This document shows, in pieces, positions 51,508 to 62,322 of a stretch of DNA of 64,000 nucleotides. The DNA is taken from positions 59,612 through 123,611 of the forward strand of contig DLZV01000008.1 in assembly GCA_003447235.1 (NCBI GenBank). The letters run 5' to 3'. The position numbers were made by a program, and so were the translations under genes. Source of the DNA: Prevotella sp. (GTDB taxonomy: Bacteria; Bacteroidota; Bacteroidia; Bacteroidales; Bacteroidaceae). The first letter of the stretch is position 1, and every line of letters begins with the position of its first letter. Below the pieces are notes generated by a model that ran no database searches, was not told the DNA's origin, and was given only the letters and a program-made list of their open reading frames with translations.

Positions 51508-53172
51508 ATGATGAAACAAACGGTAAAAATACGCTGCAAGAACAACGGAGAGACCAAAGAGATAGCCATCGGAAGCACACTCAAGGAGGCTTACGAGGCT
51601 TTTGGTCTGAGTATGGAGTTCGGCCCCATCAATGCCACGGTAAACAACCGCACGGAGGGGCTCAACTATCGTCTTTATCACAACAAAGACGTGGAATATT
51701 TCGACCTCCACTCCGCCACAGGCGAGCGTTGCTATATGCGCACGCTCTTCTTCGTGCTCTGTAAGTCGGTCCATGACCTCTATCCCGATAGCAAGGTAGT
51801 GATAGACATCCCCGTGAGCAACGGCTACTACTGCAACCTGATGCTCGGCCACGACGTGACGGAGACTGATGTGACACGCATCCGCGAGCGAATGCGACAA
51901 CTCATCGATGCAAAGTTACCCATCCGTCGCTACGAGGTACCAACGGAAGAAGCCGTCAGGATATTCAGTTCGCGTGGCGACAAGGCCAAGGCAAAACTGC
52001 TTCGCAGCACGGGCAAACTCTATACGACCTACTACGAGATAGACGACTATGTGGACAATTTCTATGGATCGTTACTCATCAACACCTCGCAGCTGACCCT
52101 CTTCGGACTGGAGAAATACTTCGACGGGGCGTTGCTGCGCCTGCCCTCACGCCAGAATCCAGCCGAACTGGGGGCACTGATACGCCAGGACAAAATGTTC
52201 GACATCTTCAAGGAGCAACACAGGTGGAATCGCATCCTCGGCGTGAGTACTGTCGGCGACTTCAACGAAGCCGTCCGATCAGGACAAACCACAGGCCTCA
52301 TCAACGTCAGCGAAGCCCTGCAGGAAAAGAAGATTGCCTCCATCGCCGAACAGATAGCCCATCGCCAAGGCACGCGCGTAGTACTGATAGCGGGTCCGTC
52401 CTCATCGGGTAAGACCACGTTCTGCAAGCGGTTATCCATCCAGTTGGTCACCTGCGGCATCAAACCCATACAGATCTCACTCGACGACTACTTCGTGGAT
52501 CGCCATCGCACCCCAAAGGACGAGAACGGAGAATATGACTACGAGAGCGTCCATGCCCTCAACATACCCCTGCTGAACGAGCAGCTACAGCAGCTTTTCG
52601 AAGGGAAAACCATCGAGCTGCCGAAGTACAACTTCCAGACGGGCAAGAGCGAGAAGAGTGGCAAGAGACTACAGTTGGGCGACAATCAGGTACTGGTGCT
52701 CGAAGGCATCCATGCCCTCAATCCTGAGTTGACGGCACAGATTCCGCAGGAGCAGAAATTCCACATTTATATTTCTGCGCTGACCACCATCCTGCTCGAC
52801 GACCACAACTACATCCGCACTACGGACAACCGCCTTCTGCGCCGCATCATTCGCGACTACAAGTACCGTGGGGTGAACGCCCAGGAGACCATCCATCGCT
52901 GGCCAAGTGTCCGTGCGGGCGAGAACAAATGGATTTTCCCCTATCAGGAGAATGCCGACGTGATGTTCAATACAGCCATGCTCTTCGAGCTGGCCGTCAT
53001 CAAGCAGCAGGCCGAGCCACTCCTGGACCTGGTTCCAGAGAATTGCCCCGAATATGCCGAGGCCTACAGGCTGCGCACATTCCTCGACTATATCCAGCCG
53101 ATACCCAACCGCGCCCTGCCTCCCACCTCTCTGCTGCGTGAGTTCTTAGGTGGCAGTTCGTTTAAGTATTGA
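51508..53172 (+). CDS. Uridine/nucleoside kinase-family protein, long form (N-terminal ThrRS-like TGS/second-additional-domain region + PRK/uridine kinase domain)
   Basis: 554 aa. The C-terminal half has a P-loop (VVLIAGPSSSGKTTFCKRL) and uridine-kinase-like motifs (LEGIHALNPEL). The N-terminal ~270 aa resemble the ThrRS N-terminal TGS/SAD region; this assignment is from memory. Confidence 0.65.
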   Translation: MMKQTVKIRCKNNGETKEIAIGSTLKEAYEAFGLSMEFGPINATVNNRTEGLNYRLYHNKDVEYFDLHSATGERCYMRTLFFVLCKSVHDLYPDSKVVIDIPVSNGYYCNLMLGHDVTETDVTRIRERMRQLIDAKLPIRRYEVPTEEAVRIFSSRGDKAKAKLLRSTGKLYTTYYEIDDYVDNFYGSLLINTSQLTLFGLEKYFDGALLRLPSRQNPAELGALIRQDKMFDIFKEQHRWNRILGVSTVGDFNEAVRSGQTTGLINVSEALQEKKIASIAEQIAHRQGTRVVLIAGPSSSGKTTFCKRLSIQLVTCGIKPIQISLDDYFVDRHRTPKDENGEYDYESVHALNIPLLNEQLQQLFEGKTIELPKYNFQTGKSEKSGKRLQLGDNQVLVLEGIHALNPELTAQIPQEQKFHIYISALTTILLDDHNYIRTTDNRLLRRIIRDYKYRGVNAQETIHRWPSVRAGENKWIFPYQENADVMFNTAMLFELAVIKQQAEPLLDLVPENCPEYAEAYRLRTFLDYIQPIPNRALPPTSLLREFLGGSSFKY

Positions 53173-53210
53173 GGTACCACGGACCATAGCCTATCCAGGC
53201 GCATTATGTC

Positions 53211-53244
53211 AAAAGGGGATGACAGCTATCTGTCGTCCCCTTTT
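53211..53244. terminator. Bidirectional rho-independent terminator between the convergent udk-like and miaB genes
   Basis: AAAAGGGGATGACAG-ctat-CTGTCGTCCCCTTTT: a stem flanked by A-run and T-run, so it can terminate both strands. Confidence 0.7.
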
Positions 53245-53311
53245 GATATAGTTCCATTACAATACCTCTGGCTATTGCCTGTAATAACGCAGCCAGCTAT
53301 TATGATATTGC

Positions 53312-54679
<1,368 letters not shown>

Positions 54680-54737
54680 TCTGTCACGCTTTCTGTATAA
54701 TATAGGGTGGTTCGCACAGTCATGTCTCCCGTGGAGA

Positions 54738-55313
54738 TCAGCTCACCTTCGTGATGCGCACGGTGCGGTAGTTTTTGTTGCAGGCGATGTAATACGACCC
54801 GTTGGTATAGATATCCTCGTTGCCCTCCATGTCGAGCTGGAAACCAGCCGCACGTACCTGCGAGACGAGGTTGTTGTAGGCATTGTCGTTGAAGACGCCA
54901 ATCATCACCGCGCCGTCGCCCACCGCCACATAACTGGAGATGCCGTCACGGAGCGCACGAGGATAGTCCTCAAACTTACCATCGACGATCTTCTTGGGCA
55001 GGCGGCAGTTCTTATAGTACATCTTGTCGTATTTCGCCACACGGAACACCTCGTAGGCATTCTGCACCTTGTAGCCGTATTTCTTCATGGCGGCATCCAT
55101 GTGGGCCGCGTCGGTGAAGACGCTCACCAGTTCTTCGACGTTGAGCAACTGGTCGTTGGGGGCTACAGGCTCTTCTGCAACAGCGGGTGCCGCCTCTGCC
55201 GTAGCCTCCTTCTGGAGGGCATCATTACCACCCTGGGAGGTATGCTGAATCAAGCCGCAGGAGGAAAGGAGCAGCGTGAGGGCGAAGGCCGATGAGTATA
55301 AAGTCTTTTTCAT
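54738..55313 (-). CDS. Hypothetical lipoprotein
   Basis: 191 aa with a lipoprotein signal (LLLSSC), an Ala/Pro/Glu-rich linker and a globular C-terminal part. No recognisable motif. Confidence 0.45.
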   Translation of the reverse strand: MKKTLYSSAFALTLLLSSCGLIQHTSQGGNDALQKEATAEAAPAVAEEPVAPNDQLLNVEELVSVFTDAAHMDAAMKKYGYKVQNAYEVFRVAKYDKMYYKNCRLPKKIVDGKFEDYPRALRDGISSYVAVGDGAVMIGVFNDNAYNNLVSQVRAAGFQLDMEGNEDIYTNGSYYIACNKNYRTVRITKVS

Positions 55314-55617
55314 TCTCTTGCTTTCTGATGATAGGAGATATCTTACGTATTAATATATGATGATGTCGCAAGGGAAGCACACGCCTTTGGGCCACAGAAG
55401 GCCCAGAGGAGGTAGTTTCCCCATAACAACTTGCAAAGGTACGTTTTATCCTTGAAATAGGCAAATCATAGCAGAGGAAGTTGGCTGCAGGGGCATGGCA
55501 AAGGAAAGGAAATGGAAAGAAAAATCCTTTCCCAGCAGAAGAACATGGTCTGCTGGGAAAGGACGTCAATGGGTCGGCAAGGCCCTTTGGCCCATCAACG
55601 ACCGATTGGATATGGGC

Positions 55618-57519
55618 TTAGCGCACCATCACCTTCAGCGTGCGTCCGTCGCTGAGCTTGATGATGTTCAGTCCCTTCTGCTCGCCGAAGACACGCTGGC
55701 CAGCGGCATTATAGCGTGCTACCTCGTAGGTGTTATCGCTGGTCTCCGTGGCCTTGAGAGCCGTGACGGCCTTGTTGAACGTCATGCCGATGGAGTTCTC
55801 GATGCGGTTGTCGAGCCTGTCCTCCGCATTGTGCTTGTTGAGGAAGGCCACGAGCGTGAGTTTGTCCTTGTTCCAAGCCTCATCGATGGGGATGGAATAA
55901 GTGGCCGTGAAGTGGCGGTTCTCCCATACGACCGGGTCGCCCCAGGCGCTATTGAAGTAGCGGATAACGTGCATGTGATAGAAGTCGCCCGATGCGCCAT
56001 ACTGGTCACGGGCGGGAATCTCGTCCTCGGTCAGGTAGAGCGTGAGCTTGTTCTGTGCCGGGTCAAGACTCTCGTTGCACTCACCCGAGACAATCACCGT
56101 CGCCACGGAAGAGTCGTCGTTGACAGCCACCTGCATCGACAGTTGTGCGTTGCTGAACAGCGTGAGCTGGTAGTCGGCATAGCCCTCTACGTCGTCGTAG
56201 GTGTTGGCGAAGAGAACATTGTCCATGTTTCCCTTTGCATATTGCGCGTCGAAGTCGGGCTGGCGGTTGAACATCAAGCCTGGAGCGTAGGTCATGCCGC
56301 CATCGTTGTAGAGATAGAGCAACGGCTCATCGCAGGGCTGCGTGAGCCAGTCGGTGTAGTAGGCAGAGTGGTGGCAGACCGCCCATACGCGGGTAGGATC
56401 GGCATGCTCCATGTAGTAGGCCAGGAGTCCGGCCACGCGCGGGCAGTTGGGACACTGCTCCGTGGTAAACTCCTCGATGACGAGGTTGCGTGGATACTTG
56501 TCCGAGAAGACACCTACCGTGCCCTGTCCCACCTTCGACTCCGACTCGTTGTCGTGGCCGTTGACCTTAGTCACCTCCACGCTTACCTGGAAGCTGCCAG
56601 CCTCCTCGCCCAAGGGAAGAGGGATGGAGAGCGTTCCGCCACGCGTGGGGATGACAGCCGGATCGATGGTCTCGTGCTGCTCCGTACCGCGCACGCCGTC
56701 GATGGTCACGACGTAGTCGATGCTCGACACGTCTTCCGTACTATTGTTGGTGTAGTGGATGGGGAGGACGACCTCGCTGCCCTGTTGGAAAGAAAGGTTG
56801 CCAAAATCATCGACTGCCACGTCGTACTGGTAGTAGTTTCCCTCTATGAGGAGCTGGACGCTGAGGTTGTTGTCGCCCATGTCAAACTCGTACCATGCCT
56901 TGCCGTCGGTCGTACCGGGGCGCTGGCAATAGAGCTGCAGCGGATGGCCGCTTGCTCCCTCGGCCACACAAGAGAAGGGATAGCACTCGCTGGTATATTC
57001 GCCGTCCTCCTTGGTGTTCTTCTGCTCGTAGTCGTAGCCGACCATCCACTCCATGCCGGGCTTGGTGGTGATGGTGATGGGGTTGTCAAGCATGACGGTG
57101 TTCCATCCCTTCTCCGTATCGGCCACCTTCTTGGAGACGATATCCTTGCCGTTGCCGTAGCGGTCGGCAGCGATGATGAAGACGCGGCTCGCACCTATCG
57201 GCTCGCAGAGGCCGAAGCGGATGCCGACCACCCTACTGCCCAAATGGGGCTGGAGCATCTCCTGGGTGAGACTGATGGCCACCTTGTTGTCGCCAGGATA
57301 TTCGGGGAATCCACGTCCGAACTGTCCGAGGGCGTCGGTGGTATAGAGACCCAGCCATCGCTGGTCGCTATTGATCTTGTTGGGCTGGCCTGCCTGCTCC
57401 ACGCGCTCTCCGCCCGGCAGGGCGATGGTAGTGGGAGGCTCAGGACTTATCATGGCATCCTGGGCGAAGGCTGCGAGCGCCGAGAGGGCCAGGGCCATGG
57501 AGAAAACTGTTCTTTTCAT
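55618..57519 (-). CDS. Secreted T9SS cargo protein (Omp28-related-like) with conserved CPNCP...CHH...C cluster; paralog A
   Basis: 633 aa with signal peptide ...ALAAFA|QDAM. The central core is EEFTTEQCPNCPRVAGLLAYYMEHADPTRVWAVCHHSAYYTDWLTQPCD. The C-terminal ~40 aa (YNAAGQRVFGEQKGLNIIKLSDGRTLKVMVR) look like a T9SS CTD. The 'Omp28-related' label is from memory. Confidence 0.6.
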   Translation of the reverse strand: MKRTVFSMALALSALAAFAQDAMISPEPPTTIALPGGERVEQAGQPNKINSDQRWLGLYTTDALGQFGRGFPEYPGDNKVAISLTQEMLQPHLGSRVVGIRFGLCEPIGASRVFIIAADRYGNGKDIVSKKVADTEKGWNTVMLDNPITITTKPGMEWMVGYDYEQKNTKEDGEYTSECYPFSCVAEGASGHPLQLYCQRPGTTDGKAWYEFDMGDNNLSVQLLIEGNYYQYDVAVDDFGNLSFQQGSEVVLPIHYTNNSTEDVSSIDYVVTIDGVRGTEQHETIDPAVIPTRGGTLSIPLPLGEEAGSFQVSVEVTKVNGHDNESESKVGQGTVGVFSDKYPRNLVIEEFTTEQCPNCPRVAGLLAYYMEHADPTRVWAVCHHSAYYTDWLTQPCDEPLLYLYNDGGMTYAPGLMFNRQPDFDAQYAKGNMDNVLFANTYDDVEGYADYQLTLFSNAQLSMQVAVNDDSSVATVIVSGECNESLDPAQNKLTLYLTEDEIPARDQYGASGDFYHMHVIRYFNSAWGDPVVWENRHFTATYSIPIDEAWNKDKLTLVAFLNKHNAEDRLDNRIENSIGMTFNKAVTALKATETSDNTYEVARYNAAGQRVFGEQKGLNIIKLSDGRTLKVMVR

Positions 57520-57703
57520 TTGGTGAAAGATTGATGCTATGGGTAATGTTGATATTGCGATAAAGGAGGCGCCAAAGATAACGCTAAAAAATATCAGGGA
57601 TGCGCGGCAGATTACTCTGCCCGCACCCCTGAGGTATTGCTAATAGAAGTGGAAAGGATTCATTCCCTTTCGCTCGTTCTTTAGTTCTAAGATACTGTCG
57701 CGA

Positions 57704-59593
57704 TTACTTCACGATGACCTTCAGCGTGCGGCCGTCGCTCAGCTTGACGATGTTCAGACCCTTCTGCTGGCCGTAGATGCGCTGGCCGGCAGCATTGTAG
57801 CGGGCCACCTCGACGGCGTCGTTGTTGGTGTTGACACCCTCCACGCCATTGGTTGCGCTGAGGCTCACGTTGATAGAGTTCTCGATACGGTTGTCGAGAG
57901 GATCATTTGCGTTGTGCTTGTTGAGGAAAGCGACAAACTTGATGTCGTCCTGCTTCCAAGAGCTGTCGAGATCGTAGTCGTAGGTAGCAGTGAAGCTCGT
58001 GCCGTCCCACGTCACCTTGTCACCCCAAGTGCTGTTGTAGGCGCGGATGACGTGCTGGTGGTAGTAGGTACCCTGGGCACCGGCCTGGGCCTGGGCCTTC
58101 ACGTTGTCCTCCGTCACATAGACCGTGAGCAGCGCGTTGTCGGTGTCATAGATATTGTTGGCTTCGCCCTTGATGACGAGGGTTACCTTGCTCTTGTCGG
58201 CATTGGGCACCACCTGCATGTCGAGCTTGGCGTTGGCCAGCGTCTGGGTGAGGTAGTACTCGACGATCGTGCCAAACTCATCGGCGCCACCCGGGATGGT
58301 CACGTTGTCCTTCTTGCCCTTTGCATAGTAGGAGTCGAAGTCCGGCTCGCGGTTGAACATCACGGCGGGAGCGAAGGTCGAACCAGCATCGTTGAAGAGG
58401 AACGTCAGCTCCTGGTCGCAAGGCTGGGTGAGCCAGTCGGTGTAGTAGGCAGAGTGGTGGCAGACAGCGGCTACGCGGCTGAGGTCTGCAGTCTCAAGAT
58501 ACTCGTGGAGGTAACCAGCTACGCGCGGGCAGTTGGGGCACTTCTCCGTGGTGAACTCCTCAATGACCATGTTGCGGGTGAACTGCGTGGAAGAAACACC
58601 AACATAACCCTCAGCCACCTTGTCCTTAGACTCGTTGTCGTGGCCGTTGACCTTGGTGATCTCTACCTTGATGCTCTTCTTGGCCTCGACACTACCACAG
58701 GGCACGGAAACCTTGAAAGAACCCTTGCTGCCAACACCTACAGACGGGCTGAAGGTTGCGTGCTCCTCGCTGCCAGCAACACCATCGACGCTGACGACAT
58801 AGTCGAGGTCGGTGACGGCATAGGCCGAGTTGTTGACGAACGGAACGGTGATCTTGGCGTCGGTGTTGATGCTACCCGTGATCATACCGAAATCCTCCGG
58901 CGTGGCGCTATACTCGGGGAATTCACCCTCTACCAGCACCTGGATACTCATGTTCTTACCGCCCATGGAGAACTTCTTCCATCCGGTGTCGCCCGTCTTG
59001 GGATCGAGGCAGTAGATGAACAAGTACTGGTTATCAATTCCCTCTTTTACAGCAGAGAAAGGAAATGCCTTGCCATTATACTGGTCGCCTATCTGCGTAT
59101 AGGTGTAACCTGCGGAAAACTCCTCGTCGCCCGTGATCTCGACAGGCTCGGTGAACATGACTTCGTTCCAACCTAAAGCAGTGGTGGACAACTCCTGCGT
59201 GCGGAGGTCAGCACCCGGTGCATCGTTCTCAACCTTCTTGAAGAAGGCCGTAGTGCTGCCGATCTCTTCACAGATAGCGAAACGCATACCGACAATCTTC
59301 ATGCCGACATAGCTCTTCAGGATGTCCTTTGTGAGATAGATGCCCACCTGGTTGTCACCAGGATAAGAGGGCACACCCATTCCCTTGCCTTCTCCAGCCC
59401 AGTTGTCTGAGTTGTAATAGCCGAGCCAACGCTGGTTCTCTGCAATCTTGGCCACTTTCTTCACGGCTTGACTTTGCTGTGAAGCAGAAGGATTGCTCAC
59501 GACAACATCCAGATTCTGATGCTGCACGCTCACCTGTGCACTGGCCATAGAAGCCAGAAGTACGGAGGCGATGGTCAGTAAAAATTTCTTCAT
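57704..59593 (-). CDS. Secreted T9SS cargo protein (Omp28-related-like) with conserved CPNCP...CHH...C cluster; paralog B
   Basis: The ORF is 57704..59677. The likely start is MKKFLLTIASVLLASMASA|Q at 59593. The core is EEFTTEKCPNCPRVAGYLHEYLETADLSRVAAVCHHSAYYTDWLTQPCD, and the C-terminus is YNAAGQRIYGQQKGLNIVKLSDGRTLKVIVK. It is collinear with paralog A throughout. Confidence 0.6.
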   Translation of the reverse strand: MKKFLLTIASVLLASMASAQVSVQHQNLDVVVSNPSASQQSQAVKKVAKIAENQRWLGYYNSDNWAGEGKGMGVPSYPGDNQVGIYLTKDILKSYVGMKIVGMRFAICEEIGSTTAFFKKVENDAPGADLRTQELSTTALGWNEVMFTEPVEITGDEEFSAGYTYTQIGDQYNGKAFPFSAVKEGIDNQYLFIYCLDPKTGDTGWKKFSMGGKNMSIQVLVEGEFPEYSATPEDFGMITGSINTDAKITVPFVNNSAYAVTDLDYVVSVDGVAGSEEHATFSPSVGVGSKGSFKVSVPCGSVEAKKSIKVEITKVNGHDNESKDKVAEGYVGVSSTQFTRNMVIEEFTTEKCPNCPRVAGYLHEYLETADLSRVAAVCHHSAYYTDWLTQPCDQELTFLFNDAGSTFAPAVMFNREPDFDSYYAKGKKDNVTIPGGADEFGTIVEYYLTQTLANAKLDMQVVPNADKSKVTLVIKGEANNIYDTDNALLTVYVTEDNVKAQAQAGAQGTYYHQHVIRAYNSTWGDKVTWDGTSFTATYDYDLDSSWKQDDIKFVAFLNKHNANDPLDNRIENSINVSLSATNGVEGVNTNNDAVEVARYNAAGQRIYGQQKGLNIVKLSDGRTLKVIVK

Positions 59594-59830
59594 ACTTTCT
59601 TTAATTAGGTAGTTATTAATAATTTTTTGTCTCTGTCTCTCGATAGCCCGGGCGATAATACCCGTTATCGGTGGCAAAGATACGATTTATTTTTGAAGCG
59701 AGCAAAAAATAAGCAAAAAAATAAGCAGAAATATAATTCATCCGATATTTTTGGTGTTCCTCCCCATGAATAGCTATCTAAAAGATAATGTTCCATCGAC
59801 CCAAAATTCCTCGCACCCGACCTCGGCAAT

Positions 59831-59864
59831 CCTTCGGGATGGTCTCGGGATGGCTTCGGGATGA
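59831..59864. repeat. 11-bp tandem repeat CTTCGGGATGG x3 (reverse orientation of the 46168..46200 repeat)
   Basis: CCTTCGGGATGG | TCTCGGGATGG | CTTCGGGATGA. It is the reverse complement of the ATCCCGAAGG unit between GH92 and GH29. Confidence 0.8.
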
Positions 59865-59907
59865 TCCAGGAGCATTTTGCCCTCGAAAACTGGAGCTATG
59901 ACCATTC

Positions 59908-60021
59908 ACACACATTAGCTTAGGACCACATCCGGGCATTGCTTACGACAACTGCCACACATTGCTTACGACAACCGCCACACATTGCTTACGACCAGCC
60001 TCGCACATTGCTTAAGTCAAA
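59908..60021. repeat. Tandem ~23-bp direct repeats (CATTGCTTACGACAACYGCCACA x3 plus degenerate copies)
   Basis: Units start at 59937, 59960 and 59983, with decayed copies on both sides. They lie in the 760-bp divergent intergenic region between the T9SS paralog B and the ABC exporter. Confidence 0.8.
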
Positions 60022-60356
60022 TTCCTGCCCATCACCCTTATATTATATCGCACATTACCCTCTATATTATATTATGGTAAGGACTGGCGTCCTCTTTTGC
60101 GAAAAAGACACGGGCCGCGCATGGTACGCCGCACCCTGTTTTCTCGTTGTTTTCCTCTTGCGCCATGGGTTGTCGACGGACGGACAAACGGCCGCAAGGC
60201 CTCCCTTTGCAGGGAGAAGGGGGATTTTTCTTGAAAAAAACCATGAAAGGCTTTGTGGTTTTCGGCGAAATCACTACATTTGCAACTTTAATGCAATACA
60301 ACGGTTCGTTTGTGCCGCTCCGAGGAAGGACTGGCTGGCGGACAGAAGCTCAGAAG

Positions 60357-62219
60357 ATGAAGGATTTTTTACAAGTATTACTTAGGTTCATCCCCCCCTA
60401 CAAGAAGTATCTTGTGGGGGCCATAGCGTTCAATATATTGTCGGCATTGCTGAATGTGTTCTCCTTTGCCACCCTCATACCGATGCTCCAAATACTCTTT
60501 AAGGTGGACAACGGGTCGGGGGCCACGCAGGCCATGGCCTGGAGTGACGGTTCGATAAAGGACGTCCTGTCCAACAACGTCGATTACTACACGCAGATCT
60601 ACATCACCTCCTGGGGTCCGACGACCGTGCTGCTCGTCATCGGTGCGGCCCTGGCCTTCATGACCTTCCTCAAGACGGGAGCCTACTTCCTGTCCTCGGC
60701 CTCCATCATCCCCATCCGCACGGGCGTGGTGCGCGACATCCGCAACCAGCTCTACCAGAAGATCACGTCGCTCTCGCTGGGCTTCTTCAGCGAGGAGCGC
60801 AAGGGCGACATCATCGCCCGCATGAGCGGCGACGTGCAGGAGATCGACTCCTCGATCATGGCCTCGCTCGACATGCTCTTCAAGAATCCCATCCTGATCA
60901 TCATCTATTTCGCCACCCTGCTGGCCATCAGTTGGCAGCTGACGCTCTTCACCATCGTCTTCGTGCCCGTCTTCGGCTGGTTCATGGGCGTGGTGGGCCG
61001 CAAGCTGAAGGCGAAGTCCATCAAGGCGCAGGCCCTGTGGAGCGACACGATGAGCCAGGTGGAGGAGACGCTGGGCGGCCTGCGCATCATCAAGGCCTTC
61101 TGTGCGGAGGACAAGATGAACGCGCGCTTCGCCAAGGTCAACGACGCCTATCGCGACGACATCCTCAAGGTGAACGTCCGCCAGCAGATGGCCCACCCGA
61201 TGAGCGAGTTTCTCGGCACGGTGATGATCGTCATCGTGCTCTGGTTTGGCGGCACGCTCGTCCTGGCCGAATATCCCGTCATCAGCGGTCCGACCTTCAT
61301 CTACTACCTCGTCATCCTCTATAGCATCATCAACCCCCTGAAGGACTTCTCCAAGGCCAGCTACAACATCCCCAAAGGTCTTGCCTCGATGGAACGCGTC
61401 GACAAGATCCTCAAGGCGGAGGTGGAGATACAGGAGAAGGCCCAGCCCGAGCATATCAGCAGTTTCGAGCACGAGATAGAGTTCCGCCATGTCAGTTTCG
61501 CTTACAACGACCACGGCAAGCAGGGCGGCGCGCCGGAACTGCACTACGTCCTGCGCGACATCAACCTCGTGATTCCCAAGGGCAAGACCATCGCCCTGGT
61601 CGGCCAGAGCGGCAGCGGCAAATCTACGCTCCTCGACCTCATTCCCCGCTACTACGACGTGCAGGAGGGCGAGGTGCTCATCGATGGCATCAACGTCAAG
61701 GACCTGGGCATCCACGACCTGCGCCAGCTCATCGGCAACGTCAACCAAGAGGCCATCCTCTTCAACGACACCTTCCGCAACAACATCTCCTTTGGCGTGG
61801 AGGGAGCCACGGAGGAAGAGATCATCCACGCGGCAAAGATCGCCAATGCCCACGACTTCATCATGCAGAGCGACCACGGCTACGACACCAACATCGGCGA
61901 CCGAGGCGGCAGACTTTCGGGCGGACAGCGTCAGCGCATCTCCATCGCCCGCGCCATTCTGAAGAACCCGCCCGTGCTCATCCTCGACGAGGCCACCTCT
62001 GCCCTCGACACCGAGAGCGAGCGACTGGTGCAGGACGCCCTCTTCCGACTGATGAAGGCACGCACGACCATCGCCGTGGCCCACCGCCTCTCGACCATCA
62101 AGAATGCCGACGAGATCTGCGTGCTCCACGAGGGGCGCATCGTGGAGCGAGGCACCCACGACGAACTGATAGCACTGGACGGCTATTACAAGAAACTGCA
62201 CGACATGCAGGAGATATAA
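60357..62219 (+). CDS. ABC transporter, fused permease/ATP-binding protein (MsbA/ABCB-type exporter)
   Basis: The ORF is 60147..62219. The likely start is MKDFLQVLLRF at 60357. Six N-terminal transmembrane helices, then Walker A (GQSGSGKST), the ABC signature (LSGGQRQR), Walker B (ILILDEATSALD) and an H-loop. Confidence 0.85.
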   Translation: MKDFLQVLLRFIPPYKKYLVGAIAFNILSALLNVFSFATLIPMLQILFKVDNGSGATQAMAWSDGSIKDVLSNNVDYYTQIYITSWGPTTVLLVIGAALAFMTFLKTGAYFLSSASIIPIRTGVVRDIRNQLYQKITSLSLGFFSEERKGDIIARMSGDVQEIDSSIMASLDMLFKNPILIIIYFATLLAISWQLTLFTIVFVPVFGWFMGVVGRKLKAKSIKAQALWSDTMSQVEETLGGLRIIKAFCAEDKMNARFAKVNDAYRDDILKVNVRQQMAHPMSEFLGTVMIVIVLWFGGTLVLAEYPVISGPTFIYYLVILYSIINPLKDFSKASYNIPKGLASMERVDKILKAEVEIQEKAQPEHISSFEHEIEFRHVSFAYNDHGKQGGAPELHYVLRDINLVIPKGKTIALVGQSGSGKSTLLDLIPRYYDVQEGEVLIDGINVKDLGIHDLRQLIGNVNQEAILFNDTFRNNISFGVEGATEEEIIHAAKIANAHDFIMQSDHGYDTNIGDRGGRLSGGQRQRISIARAILKNPPVLILDEATSALDTESERLVQDALFRLMKARTTIAVAHRLSTIKNADEICVLHEGRIVERGTHDELIALDGYYKKLHDMQEI

Positions 62220-62322
62220 CACGCTCGATCCTATTGACAGCATGACCTTATTATATTATATAGGATATAGGGCCAATTGGTGATAGGACACAGGCGATAG
62301 CAACCATCAAGTATTGATAACG

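Noticed and set aside
59939-60385. 148-aa ORF spanning the 23-bp tandem repeats.
   Set aside because: Its N-terminal half is a literal translation of the tandem DNA repeats (…CLRQPPHIAYDQP…), and it overlaps the real start of the ABC exporter.
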